DNA of 64,000 nucleotides from Bdellovibrio sp. GTDB taxonomy: Bacteria; Bdellovibrionota; Bdellovibrionia; Bdellovibrionales; Bdellovibrionaceae. The notes below the pieces were generated by a model. The model was not told the DNA's origin. It ran no database searches and was given only the letters and a program-made list of their open reading frames with translations. The DNA is taken from contig JBKCUU010000047.1 in NCBI GenBank assembly GCA_046318155.1, positions 1-64,000 on the forward strand, in the 5' to 3' direction. Shown one piece after another: positions 1-8,939 of the stretch. Made by a program: the position numbers and the translations under genes. Numbering within the stretch: the stretch's first letter is position 1; each line of letters begins with the position of its first letter.

Positions 1-109
1 GCCGAATAGTGTAATAAATAGCAAAGAAAAACACGCGTGTCTCTTCTGGAGTTCGACTACTGTCAAAGCTAGAAATTTTTAACTATTCGATTTTACTTAA
101 GAATTATAT

Positions 110-186
110 TGGCGGTGTGGACGGGACTTGAACCCGCGGCCTTCCGCGTGACAGGCGGACGTTATAACCAACTTAACTACCACCCC
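110..186 (-). tRNA. tRNA-Asp(GTC)
   Basis: Reverse complement folds as a 77-nt cloverleaf GGGGTGGTAGTTAAGTTGGTTATAAC...CTGTCAC...GGTTCAAGTCC...GCCA; anticodon GTC; CCA encoded. Confidence 0.96.
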
Positions 187-476
187 GCGGTGGTTTTGAG
201 TCATCAAGATATACGGGTTCACAAAAGAGGAATCAACATTTTTTGCGAGAACAAAGAGCCTGTTTTTTCAGCATTCTCAGGCCTCAGGGTCACTCGCCAC
301 GCCTAAAACCAGCAGGAACTCCTTTTCAGGCAAAACGACCCGGTTGATCCAGCCTGACAGGGCTTCCATTCTGAGCCGCACCTCTTTGGAATGAGCGTGC
401 GAGTGCCGACCATCCCCATTTGATCAAGCTTCCCTTTCGCCTTGTTTTGGGTAAACCTCCAGACAATGGAGGTCTT

Positions 477-776
477 ATGTTGCGTCAGCTTCTCGTTCTC
501 ACTTTTCTTGCGCTGCTGGGTTCTTTTTCACAGGCCAAACCCAGCGAAACTAAAGCCCAAGTTTTTGCTGTTAAGGGAATGCACTGTGAAGCCTGCGTGA
601 GCAGCATTCGCAAAAAGATTTGCACCGAGGGGACTTACTCCGCCTGCGACGTGGCTTTGACAGATGCAAAAAAGCAGTTGGGCGAAATTCGCATCACCCC
701 GAAAGAGGGTCAAACGATCGATGTCACAAAAATGCGAACGCAAGTTTCAGATCTGGGTTACGAACTCAAAAACTAA
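477..776 (+). CDS. Exported heavy-metal-associated (HMA/MerP/CopZ-like) domain protein
   Basis: GMHCEAC (MxCxxC) motif after a signal peptide; GGAGG RBS before ATG 477. Confidence 0.8.
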   Translation: MLRQLLVLTFLALLGSFSQAKPSETKAQVFAVKGMHCEACVSSIRKKICTEGTYSACDVALTDAKKQLGEIRITPKEGQTIDVTKMRTQVSDLGYELKN

Positions 777-1609
777 ATGCCACCCACCGGCAGACCGGTT
801 AAAAAATCCACGCCCGAGCTGGTGGGCTGACCATCGGCAATGAGAGCATCAAAATCCCAACGGTCTTTATCCATCAATTGCGAAGGCCTTAAATTGGCCT
901 GAGCCGTTAACATCGAGGCACTGATGGCGGGAATGTCTTTTTCTAAATCTGTTAATAGCTTCTTCATCTTTTGCCGCTTCATGCCCTCTTGCGAACCACA
1001 GAGGTTGCAAGGGATGACCGGAAAGCTCCAGTCCTGACCCAAAGAGATCAAGTCGGCTTCGGGAACATTGATCAAGGGCCGAATGACGATATTGCGCCCA
1101 TCATCAGATTTAAGCTTAGGCGGCATTGCCGACAACTTCCCCGAATAAAACAAATTCAAAAGCAGCGTCTGATTGGAATCGTCGCGGTGATGTCCTAAGG
1201 CCATCTTGGTAAAACCCTGAACTGAGGCATAATCATACAAGATCGCGCGCCGGAGACGAGAGCACAGCGAGCAATAAACGCCGTTCGTGACTTTTTCGGT
1301 GACGATCGAATAGGTGTCACGCTCAACAACATGCAGGCGCGCACCGACTTCGGTTTCGACCCAAGACTTAAAGGCCGTGACGTTAAAACCGGGCTGCTTT
1401 TGATCCAAGATCACGGCTTCGACATCAAAATCAAAAGGGGCGCGGCGGCGAATCTCCATCAAGAGCGCAAGCAAGATCGAAGAGTCCTTGCCTCCGCTGG
1501 TGCACACCATGACCTTGTCACCCTCTTCGATGAGCTTGTAATCCGCAATGGCTCGGACCATTTGCTTGCGGATACTGATCGCGGTGGGGTGGTCGAATTG
1601 AATGGGCAT
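773..1609 (-). CDS. ttcA: tRNA 2-thiocytidine(32) synthetase TtcA
   Basis: PP-loop SGGKDS, CSLCSRLRR, GHHRDD, IPCNLCGSQ; start at ATG 1609 (MPIQF). Confidence 0.95.
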   Translation of the reverse strand: MPIQFDHPTAISIRKQMVRAIADYKLIEEGDKVMVCTSGGKDSSILLALLMEIRRRAPFDFDVEAVILDQKQPGFNVTAFKSWVETEVGARLHVVERDTYSIVTEKVTNGVYCSLCSRLRRAILYDYASVQGFTKMALGHHRDDSNQTLLLNLFYSGKLSAMPPKLKSDDGRNIVIRPLINVPEADLISLGQDWSFPVIPCNLCGSQEGMKRQKMKKLLTDLEKDIPAISASMLTAQANLRPSQLMDKDRWDFDALIADGQPTSSGVDFLTGLPVGGI

Positions 1610-1616
1610 GCTGTCC

Positions 1617-2030
1617 TTAGGCCTCTGCGATGACTTTGAATTCAACGTGGATGGGGGTGGGCAGGGCTCCCACCTCAATCGTCGTCCGTGTAGCCTGAAT
1701 CGTTGAAAAGTGCTTGGCGTACACGGCATTGAACGCTTTGAAATCACGCTTCATGTCGGTGAGAAACACCTGCACGTCAACGATTTTTTCAAAACTGCTG
1801 CCCGATGCTTCAAGGATGTTTTTAATATTCTCAATAACCGATTCTGTCTGCACGGTGACGTCGTACCACTGCACATTGCCATTGACGTCTTTTTGCACTC
1901 CGGGGATGTCTGTCGTCCCGGGCTTACGCGGTCCTACGCCCGATAAAAACAAGAGCGAACCAACTTTGCGCGCATGGGGGTAAGCTCCTACAGGTTCGGG
2001 TGCTTTCTTGCTGTTGATAATCGTACTCAT
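1617..2030 (-). CDS. RidA/YjgF family protein, probable 2-aminomuconate deaminase
   Basis: APEPVGAYPHA, FNAVYAKHF, RTTIEV..LP...VEFKVIA; context with aminomuconate pathway genes. Confidence 0.88.
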   Translation of the reverse strand: MSTIINSKKAPEPVGAYPHARKVGSLLFLSGVGPRKPGTTDIPGVQKDVNGNVQWYDVTVQTESVIENIKNILEASGSSFEKIVDVQVFLTDMKRDFKAFNAVYAKHFSTIQATRTTIEVGALPTPIHVEFKVIAEA

Positions 2031-3109
2031 GGCAGCTCCACATCAAAGTACCAACGGTCATGATCAGGATCCCAATCATCCCACGTTGGAATTTTTTCTA
2101 AGGATGAAAGTAAACTTTCGGGAACAAGACCCGGGACTAAAAACGCTTTTTGCCGCCGCAAAGAATAGGGGTTGCGAAGCCCAAACCCTAGAGTTCCTAA
2201 AATTCCGCGCGCCACATACCACGTCGCCTGCGGATTCCAACCGTGGGCAATTTTGATCACGACGCCAAGCCCTTCGGGAAAATCCGGATGCTCAATCGCC
2301 ATCCCCAGTAAACCATCAGCACCTTCTTTGGCGATGACCTTACCTCCACAAGATTTCATGATCGTGGTATCAAGCCTGTTAAATCCCCCGACCAAATCGG
2401 GATGACGGATCATCGACTCCCAAATCCAGTCTTCATTTTTAGTTTGAGCTAAACCCGCATAGCACTGGGCCAGTTCTTTAACGGTCATCGACACCGTCGG
2501 CAAACCATCCCCATCACGCGCGATCCGAAGTGGCGCCCAGCTGCTGCCAAGATATCGGCGCACAACTTTGATGTACTCTTGAAAGACTTGGTGATTTGGC
2601 AGCGTATAACCCGCGCGGCTCCAACCTTTGAGCCGGCAACCCAGCAAGATACCCGCGTGATGACCCGAGGAGTTGTTGTACCAGCGCCTGGGACGGCGCA
2701 CTTGCCGGCCAAACTGCACCAAAGGCAAATCAAGAGGCGTTTGCATCAGGCCCCACTCGGACTCATTCAGCAAACTTTGCGAGGCTTCGACGTGTTCAGC
2801 GGCCCCGTTGTGAGACGAAACGCTGATGGCTTTTTGCGTCCAATCCGTTGTGGTCTCGAGCTCTTTCGAGAAGACCTTCATGTACATGAGCTTCATCATG
2901 CTTCGGCCGTAGCACAAAACATCACCGCCAAAAGAATGGACCAGCTTGTCGCCACTAAACCAGGCCACCGCGCCGTGAATGGTATTTTCACTCACACCAT
3001 TGCGGCGGTAATCCACCAAAGGCTCCCAGGCGACGTCACGTCCGGTCGGTAAACCCTTCACTTGATCCCCGAATGGACTCTTGGGGTAATTGCGAGAACC
3101 CGAAGTCAT
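2027..3109 (-). CDS. Class 3 (Rhizobium etli-type, asparaginase II) asparaginase homolog with substituted metal ligands
   Basis: RSMMK (RSxxK), SSHNG, NNSSGHHAG (cf. NCSGKH), RDGDGLP (cf. DGC), AKEGADG; ATGA overlaps with both neighbours. Confidence 0.8.
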   Translation of the reverse strand: MTSGSRNYPKSPFGDQVKGLPTGRDVAWEPLVDYRRNGVSENTIHGAVAWFSGDKLVHSFGGDVLCYGRSMMKLMYMKVFSKELETTTDWTQKAISVSSHNGAAEHVEASQSLLNESEWGLMQTPLDLPLVQFGRQVRRPRRWYNNSSGHHAGILLGCRLKGWSRAGYTLPNHQVFQEYIKVVRRYLGSSWAPLRIARDGDGLPTVSMTVKELAQCYAGLAQTKNEDWIWESMIRHPDLVGGFNRLDTTIMKSCGGKVIAKEGADGLLGMAIEHPDFPEGLGVVIKIAHGWNPQATWYVARGILGTLGFGLRNPYSLRRQKAFLVPGLVPESLLSSLEKIPTWDDWDPDHDRWYFDVELP

Positions 3110-4092
3110 GCCTCGTCCTCGTCTTGTAAGCCCGCATTCAGCGTTTGGCTGTTCATCCCGCGGCTCTCAGCCAGTGACGGCCCTAAGACATTGCGCTCAC
3201 CCGTATAAAACTCGGGCGAGTCTTCATCAAACTCGAGATCCCGCGCCGAGAACTCGGTCGGCACTAAACACACAACCGCACTTCCGGTTCCGCACACGGG
3301 CTCATAGGCCAAGACTTCACCCTTGTAGCGGTTGTGGGGACCAGCCACGGTCGACAACCACCAAAGTGGCTTGAAGTTGTTTACTTTTTTAACGCGAGCT
3401 TCTTTTTGAATTTGGCGCGAGAGCTGAGACAGATCCTCGAGCCGTCCTTTTTCAAAAAACTCGATCATTTTCAAATTCCACTCTTGGTCTTTGAGCGAGT
3501 GGATTTTGTCATTTTTGGGATCAATAAAAGTTTGATGCAATCGATTTGAAAGTGTCGAGATCACAATGGCCACGGCTTTTTTGTTTTGCTCTTTCAGCGC
3601 GTCGAGCGTGGCTTTCGCCAAAACCACGGTTTCGGCGCGGTCGGCATACATGTTCGAAGACAAAATCACCGCGGGCAAACGGTTCTCGGGATTCACAAGC
3701 TTCAAAGCGACGACCGAGCCCGTGTCGATCGGAAAGCCGTGATAATCAACTCCGCGCATATGCAGGCCGCGCTTTTCACCATGCGCGACGATTGCTTTGG
3801 CGATTTTGGAGTCCATGTTGAATTTGTAGGGAATGCTGCCCAGATCATGAAACTCTTCATCGACGTGCACCCATTCGCAAACTTCGCGGCACTGCACCTG
3901 ATGACCCAGCACTGAAGGCCACATCGTCGAGTAGATCAAAATGACCTCAGCCCCCGAAGATTCAATCTCGGCGCGCACCTTTTCAAAAGCTTGCCGAAGG
4001 TTACCATAACCCGGATTCGCCTCGGGCGTTAGAAGCGGCTGAGGCAATCCCGGAAGAACAAAACTTTTCACAACAAGATTTTGCGGGCTCAT
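3106..4092 (-). CDS. amnA: 2-aminophenol 1,6-dioxygenase alpha (non-catalytic) subunit, LigB family
   Basis: LigB fold, GFPIDTG motif, Fe-ligand His positions replaced (PGLPQP, STMW); ATGA-coupled to the beta subunit. Confidence 0.8.
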   Translation of the reverse strand: MSPQNLVVKSFVLPGLPQPLLTPEANPGYGNLRQAFEKVRAEIESSGAEVILIYSTMWPSVLGHQVQCREVCEWVHVDEEFHDLGSIPYKFNMDSKIAKAIVAHGEKRGLHMRGVDYHGFPIDTGSVVALKLVNPENRLPAVILSSNMYADRAETVVLAKATLDALKEQNKKAVAIVISTLSNRLHQTFIDPKNDKIHSLKDQEWNLKMIEFFEKGRLEDLSQLSRQIQKEARVKKVNNFKPLWWLSTVAGPHNRYKGEVLAYEPVCGTGSAVVCLVPTEFSARDLEFDEDSPEFYTGERNVLGPSLAESRGMNSQTLNAGLQDEDEA

Positions 4093-4973
4093 GTGAAATC
4101 CCTCCACTCGACAATCGCATTGCCGGTGCCGATAACGGTGCCATACGCGTGCACGACCGCTGGCTTGGTCGGAAAATTCATCGAGGCCAAGAGCCAGCTC
4201 AAGGCACCCGAGTCGGTTTCGGCTATGGCCTGCTCGGTAAAATCCGGAACCAAATCAAAAACTTGCTTGGACTTTCCGGCCTTGAACATTTCGATGAGCT
4301 TCATATCCCACAAATACTGGGAGTGGTTGTAGATATGTTCCTGGCTCATGTCTTCAGGCAGCGGCGGTTCTTTGGTAAAGTGGCGATGCGAGAGCGAGTT
4401 GCTGGCCAGCAAAACGACTTTTTTGCCGGACTTCTCGATCGCGGCCCGCGTGATTTTGGCGAGCGCGAGCATTTCTTCTTGCATCACATCCGGTGAAAAA
4501 TAAGCCGAAGCCGCATGACTGGACAAAGACACAATCGGCTTGTCCCATTTGGGATTGGCTAAATGACAAGAGACGATCGTGCCGTAGTCGATCCGGTAAT
4601 CCGGGTTCTGCATAAGCTTCATCGGAAACTTTGCCATTGAAGCTTCACGGGCTAAGGCTTCAGCCATGGCCACATCGACTTTGAGATCGTAGTGATAACG
4701 AAACAAATGCGGGAACACAGGGTCGACCGACAAACCTTTAAAGTGCGGATGCGCCAGCACGTGAGTGCCCACATAAGTGCGCCAATGCGGCGACAAGACC
4801 ATGATCATGTCATAATCAAGAGAAGCTAAATTTTGACGGAGTTTTTCGTAGCCCCATCTTAAAGTTTCCCAGCCCCCTTCGGCCTTGGCTTCGTTCTGCG
4901 GAGGGTTCTCGGCATACACCAAATGCGGGGGGTGCGGAGCCAAGGCTCCAAGCACGATCTTTCCTGTTGCCAT
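4089..4973 (-). CDS. amnB: 2-aminophenol 1,6-dioxygenase beta (catalytic) subunit, LigB family
   Basis: PHPPHLVYAENP, SPHW, IDYGT, SLSHRH, AETD and YGTVIGTGNA motifs of AmnB/CnbCb. Confidence 0.88.
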   Translation of the reverse strand: MATGKIVLGALAPHPPHLVYAENPPQNEAKAEGGWETLRWGYEKLRQNLASLDYDMIMVLSPHWRTYVGTHVLAHPHFKGLSVDPVFPHLFRYHYDLKVDVAMAEALAREASMAKFPMKLMQNPDYRIDYGTIVSCHLANPKWDKPIVSLSSHAASAYFSPDVMQEEMLALAKITRAAIEKSGKKVVLLASNSLSHRHFTKEPPLPEDMSQEHIYNHSQYLWDMKLIEMFKAGKSKQVFDLVPDFTEQAIAETDSGALSWLLASMNFPTKPAVVHAYGTVIGTGNAIVEWRDFT

Positions 4974-6415
4974 TATGATGTCCTCACACAGACCGTCGTG
5001 GTCTCGGTAAAAAAGTCGATCGAATGAATTCCGCCCTCGCGGCCGATCCCGCTGTGCTTCATTCCGCCAAAGGGCATTCGCAAATCACGGTGCAACCACG
5101 TGTTGATCCACACCGTGCCCACGCGCAACTCTCCTGCCATCTTTTGGGCCTTGCTTAAGTTTTCGGTCCAAACAGTCGCCGACAAACCGTACTTCACGTC
5201 GTTGGCTTTTTGCACAACTTCTTCAATCGAATCAAAGGCATGAATCGTCACGACGGGGCCAAAAATTTCTTCTTGCACGCAGCGGGAGTCTTGCGCCAAT
5301 CCCGACAAAACCGTGGGCCTCAGCCAAAAGCCCTGCTGCAAGTCCCCGCTCATCAAAGGAACGGTGCCGCCCGCTTCAATGCGGCCACCTTCGCTGACGG
5401 CAAGATCGATATAGGACCGAACCTTTTCCCAGTGCGCTTTAGAAACCAAAGGCCCCATGAAACTTTTGTCACTGCGAGGATCACCCACCGTGAGTTTCTC
5501 AGTCTCGGCGACAAATTGTTTCACGAAAGAATCATAGATCGAGCGCTCGACATAAATGCGCGAGCCGCACAGACAAATTTCGCCTTGATTTAAAAAGCTC
5601 GACCGCAAGGTCATCGCGAGCGCTTTTTTCAAATCGGCATCGGCAAAAATAATGTTTGGATTTTTGCCGCCAAGTTCGAGCGAAACTTTTTTAAAATGTT
5701 CGGCCGAAGCTTCTAAAATCTTTCGGCCGGTGGCGGTGCCCCCGGTAAACGAGATGAGCGGAACATCGGGATGGCGCACCAGCGCATCGCCCGCTTCGTG
5801 GCCCAAGCCATAAACGATATTCAAAACTCCGGCAGGCAATCCGGCTTCAACACAAACATCCGCAAGCAAGTCGGCCGTCATCGAGGTCATCTCAGACGGT
5901 TTGCAAACCACGGTGTTCCCACAGGCCAGCGCCGGCGCAATTTTCCAGGTCAGCAAATACAAAGGCAAATTCCAAGGCGAGATCAATCCGGCCACGCCGA
6001 CAGGCTTGCGGCTGACATAGTTAAGCGTGTGCGCATCCGTCGTCGACTCCTCTTCTTGCGCCAAAATCACTTGCGCGAAAAAACGAAAGTTCAGGACCGC
6101 TCGGCTGATATCCATCGAAGCCGCTAAATGGACGGGCTTGCCTTGGTCTTGGCTTTCGAGCCGGGCAAATTCATCCGCACGAGCTTCAATCAAATCAGCA
6201 ATCTTGAGCAAGAACTTTGAACGCTCCGCCGCTGACGTGCGCGACCACGAGGCAAAGGCTTGGTGGGCCGAGGTCACGGCCGCATTCACATCTTGCTTTG
6301 ACCCTCTGGCCAAAAAAGAGAAGACTTGTCCTGTCGCGGGATTCACGTTTTCGAGAAATTGCCCACCCAATGGAGAGGTTTTTTTCGCATGAATAAAATG
6401 AAGAATTTTTTGCAT
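4973..6415 (-). CDS. amnC: 2-aminomuconate/2-hydroxymuconate semialdehyde dehydrogenase (ALDH8-like)
   Basis: ISPWNLPLYLLTWKIAPA, ELGGKNP, NQGEICLCGSR, EEIFGPV, RDLRMPFGGMKHSGIGREGG. Confidence 0.9.
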   Translation of the reverse strand: MQKILHFIHAKKTSPLGGQFLENVNPATGQVFSFLARGSKQDVNAAVTSAHQAFASWSRTSAAERSKFLLKIADLIEARADEFARLESQDQGKPVHLAASMDISRAVLNFRFFAQVILAQEEESTTDAHTLNYVSRKPVGVAGLISPWNLPLYLLTWKIAPALACGNTVVCKPSEMTSMTADLLADVCVEAGLPAGVLNIVYGLGHEAGDALVRHPDVPLISFTGGTATGRKILEASAEHFKKVSLELGGKNPNIIFADADLKKALAMTLRSSFLNQGEICLCGSRIYVERSIYDSFVKQFVAETEKLTVGDPRSDKSFMGPLVSKAHWEKVRSYIDLAVSEGGRIEAGGTVPLMSGDLQQGFWLRPTVLSGLAQDSRCVQEEIFGPVVTIHAFDSIEEVVQKANDVKYGLSATVWTENLSKAQKMAGELRVGTVWINTWLHRDLRMPFGGMKHSGIGREGGIHSIDFFTETTTVCVRTS

Positions 6416-6523
6416 CGGCCACAGTCTTTGAGAGCCACAGGATTTCGTCAAGAAAGAACCCTGTTTTCATTGGGAGAACGCTTCGGCTTGACCCCTCTGG
6501 CAGACTCTTCGAAGATTCTAGTC

Positions 6524-7744
6524 ATGATGATAACTCTTGTCCTCTCGATTTTGATTTCAGCTTGCGCGTCGGCCCCGGTGGAGATGCAACCTTCAGCGCG
6601 CCGCGCCGAGCTTTTCCCACTGATGAACCCACCCCTGCTCAGCGCCGAGAGCGAGGTGGCCCTGGGCGGCTTTTCGGCTTTGGCCTATGACGGCGTGGAT
6701 GCTGAAGGATCGCACGTCTTTTGGGCGACGACCGACCGTGGCCCCAATGCACCCAGCTATGAACAAGACAAGAAAAAGGACCAAGAGTTTCGCCCTTTTT
6801 TGATTCCTGATTTTCAGCCCACCTGGGTCAAGTTTAAACTGAACAAAGCGACCCGCCAAATCGAAGTGCTGTCGCAAACGCCACTCACCACGTCGAATGG
6901 CAAACCCCTGACCGGTCTTCCCAACCTCGAACAGAGCAAAAAGCATCCCGGCGATGAAATCCCCGTCAACACCAAAGGTGAAGTCATCGCGATGGATTTG
7001 ATGGGTTTGGACACCGAGGGTTTTTGCATTGATCAAAAAAACTTTGTCTGGATGGTCGAGGAGTACCGACCCTCGATCTTGAAGTTTGATCGCGATGGCA
7101 AACTTCTTCGTCGCTACGTCCCCATGGGATCTTTTGGTGTGCGCGAAATTAAAATGATCGATGCCGAGTACGGACGTGATTTGGTTCAGCAATCTTTGCC
7201 AAAAGAATTGAGTGATCGCAAACGCAACCGCGGCTTTGAGGGCGTGGCCTGCTTTAAAAACAAAGTCTACGCCATCATGCAAAGCCCTCTCAAAGGCGAA
7301 GGCAATAAAGTACGCTTGATCGAATTTGATCCCGAGAAAGAAGAAGTCAGCCGGGAGCTTGTCTATAAACTCCAAGACAAGGAGCAAGCCGATAAACTTG
7401 GCGACCTCACCACCGATGGCCACACACTTTACGCCATTGAACAAAATGGCGAGACCGGCAAGAACAGCATTCACCAGGTCTATAAAGTCACGCTGCCGGA
7501 CGAAAAATCAAAAGACCTCGAAGTTCAAAAAGAACTCTTTGTGGATCTTGTCAAAATGGGCTTCTCGGCTTTTGAAAAGGTCGAAGGGCTTGCGTTTGTC
7601 AGCCCCAATGTTTTAGCGGTTGTGAGTGATAATGACTTTGGCTTGACCGGATCGCTGAACTTAAAAACAGGACTCGTTCCGATGGGCACAGCAAAACGCA
7701 CGACCTTGGGACTTATCCCAGTCGCGGCGCCACCTGCTCCATAA
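6524..7744 (+). CDS. Esterase-like activity of phytase family lipoprotein (beta-propeller)
   Basis: Lipobox ISAC; GGFSAL, TDRGPN, DTEG, EEYRPSI, NRGFEG, KVEGLA, SDNDFG motifs. Confidence 0.85.
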   Translation: MMITLVLSILISACASAPVEMQPSARRAELFPLMNPPLLSAESEVALGGFSALAYDGVDAEGSHVFWATTDRGPNAPSYEQDKKKDQEFRPFLIPDFQPTWVKFKLNKATRQIEVLSQTPLTTSNGKPLTGLPNLEQSKKHPGDEIPVNTKGEVIAMDLMGLDTEGFCIDQKNFVWMVEEYRPSILKFDRDGKLLRRYVPMGSFGVREIKMIDAEYGRDLVQQSLPKELSDRKRNRGFEGVACFKNKVYAIMQSPLKGEGNKVRLIEFDPEKEEVSRELVYKLQDKEQADKLGDLTTDGHTLYAIEQNGETGKNSIHQVYKVTLPDEKSKDLEVQKELFVDLVKMGFSAFEKVEGLAFVSPNVLAVVSDNDFGLTGSLNLKTGLVPMGTAKRTTLGLIPVAAPPAP

Positions 7745-8939
7745 AGATTCGCATTGAGGCCTTCACGGCCTCGTTGTCGTGATTGTTAAAATCAAACCAC
7801 AGCATCAGTCGGTCTTCGGGGTGGTACTTGGCTTTGATGAGCTCAGTCACCTGAGCCGCATTCCCCGCAATCGTATTTGAGACGGCCGATGCGACCTTGG
7901 CGGGATCCAGCGTTTTCTCCATCGCTTTCCAATAATTTTCCCACGCACGCTTGGCTTGTGCTTTGGCCCGCTGGCTTTGTTCAGGAGGTGAAAGCCCTGG
8001 CGTCTCGTCTAAAAACAGCAGCACCGTTCGTGGCATCAGGTCTCGGCGCCAAGCACCGCCGTCTTTGTGATAGTGCTGCCGCATCCGCGCGTGCGTGTCT
8101 TCGATGACCTTTTCGGGTGTAATCGAAAGATTAAAGACACCAACAGGAAAAAACTGATTCGCTGCAATTTGCACTTCGGGATCATGCGAACCCAAAGTTA
8201 AGCGCAAGTTTTCAAGCGGCGCTTGAAACGGAATGACGCCAACTTTATCAAATGTCCAGTGACATGCGAGCGGGATCTTTTCGCGCTTGGGTCCCCCCGT
8301 TTGCTTTTGATCGGCACTTTGCACGCGGTCCCATTGTGCCGGGTCACGAAAATCCTGAGCTTGAAGAAACTGAATCGAAACATCTTTCGACGCCAATTTC
8401 TCCCCGCCCAAGAAACGTAAAAAGATCTCGGCCCCTTGAGCAAAATACTTATTCTTGATGACGTCCCAACCGGCTTTTTCAAGCTCGGTGCGAGCGACCA
8501 TCCCATACGGGGTGTTCGAAAACGGAAAGCGTCCTGCGGCAAACCCCAGTTCAAGCTTGCGTTTTGCAGATGACTGAAAAGAGTTGAGCATTAAAAAAGT
8601 CCGCACGGCCTCGGCATGGGCGATGGGCCCACCGTTACAGACAATATTTCGAATCGCAGAGCCGACATTGATTCGTTTTGTCTGTGAAAAAAGCAAATGT
8701 GCCACTTGCAGGATGTCGGTATTCAGTCCGATCTCGCCTTTAAAGTGCGGAATGACGGCGTCGGCGTTTTCTTTTTGAACTTGGCAGGACAGGTGAGTCT
8801 CGGCCACCCAAGCGGTTTCGTAACCCAGCTCATCGGCGAGGCGAGCTTGATCAAAAAAACTTTCAAACATTTGTCTTTCACTCGGCGTAAAACCGTCAAC
8901 TTCCGTTTGGCAAATCGAGAGAAAGACATCAAATTTCAT
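7713..8939 (-). CDS. LLM-class (luciferase-like) flavin-dependent monooxygenase
   Basis: ARLADELGYETAWVAETH, TKRINVGSA, LELGFAAG, C-terminal SMRIFMEQVAP. Confidence 0.88.
   Translation of the reverse strand: MKFDVFLSICQTEVDGFTPSERQMFESFFDQARLADELGYETAWVAETHLSCQVQKENADAVIPHFKGEIGLNTDILQVAHLLFSQTKRINVGSAIRNIVCNGGPIAHAEAVRTFLMLNSFQSSAKRKLELGFAAGRFPFSNTPYGMVARTELEKAGWDVIKNKYFAQGAEIFLRFLGGEKLASKDVSIQFLQAQDFRDPAQWDRVQSADQKQTGGPKREKIPLACHWTFDKVGVIPFQAPLENLRLTLGSHDPEVQIAANQFFPVGVFNLSITPEKVIEDTHARMRQHYHKDGGAWRRDLMPRTVLLFLDETPGLSPPEQSQRAKAQAKRAWENYWKAMEKTLDPAKVASAVSNTIAGNAAQVTELIKAKYHPEDRLMLWFDFNNHDNEAVKASMRIFMEQVAPRLG

Noticed and set aside
1..109. AT-rich sequence beyond the tRNA 3' end as a possible integration site
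   Set aside because: Too little sequence; no att duplicate or integrase in the window
109..306. 65-aa ORF on the + strand
   Set aside because: Antisense shadow of tRNA-Asp
6593..7474. 293-aa antisense ORF
   Set aside because: Shadow of the phytase-like gene; no recognisable motifs
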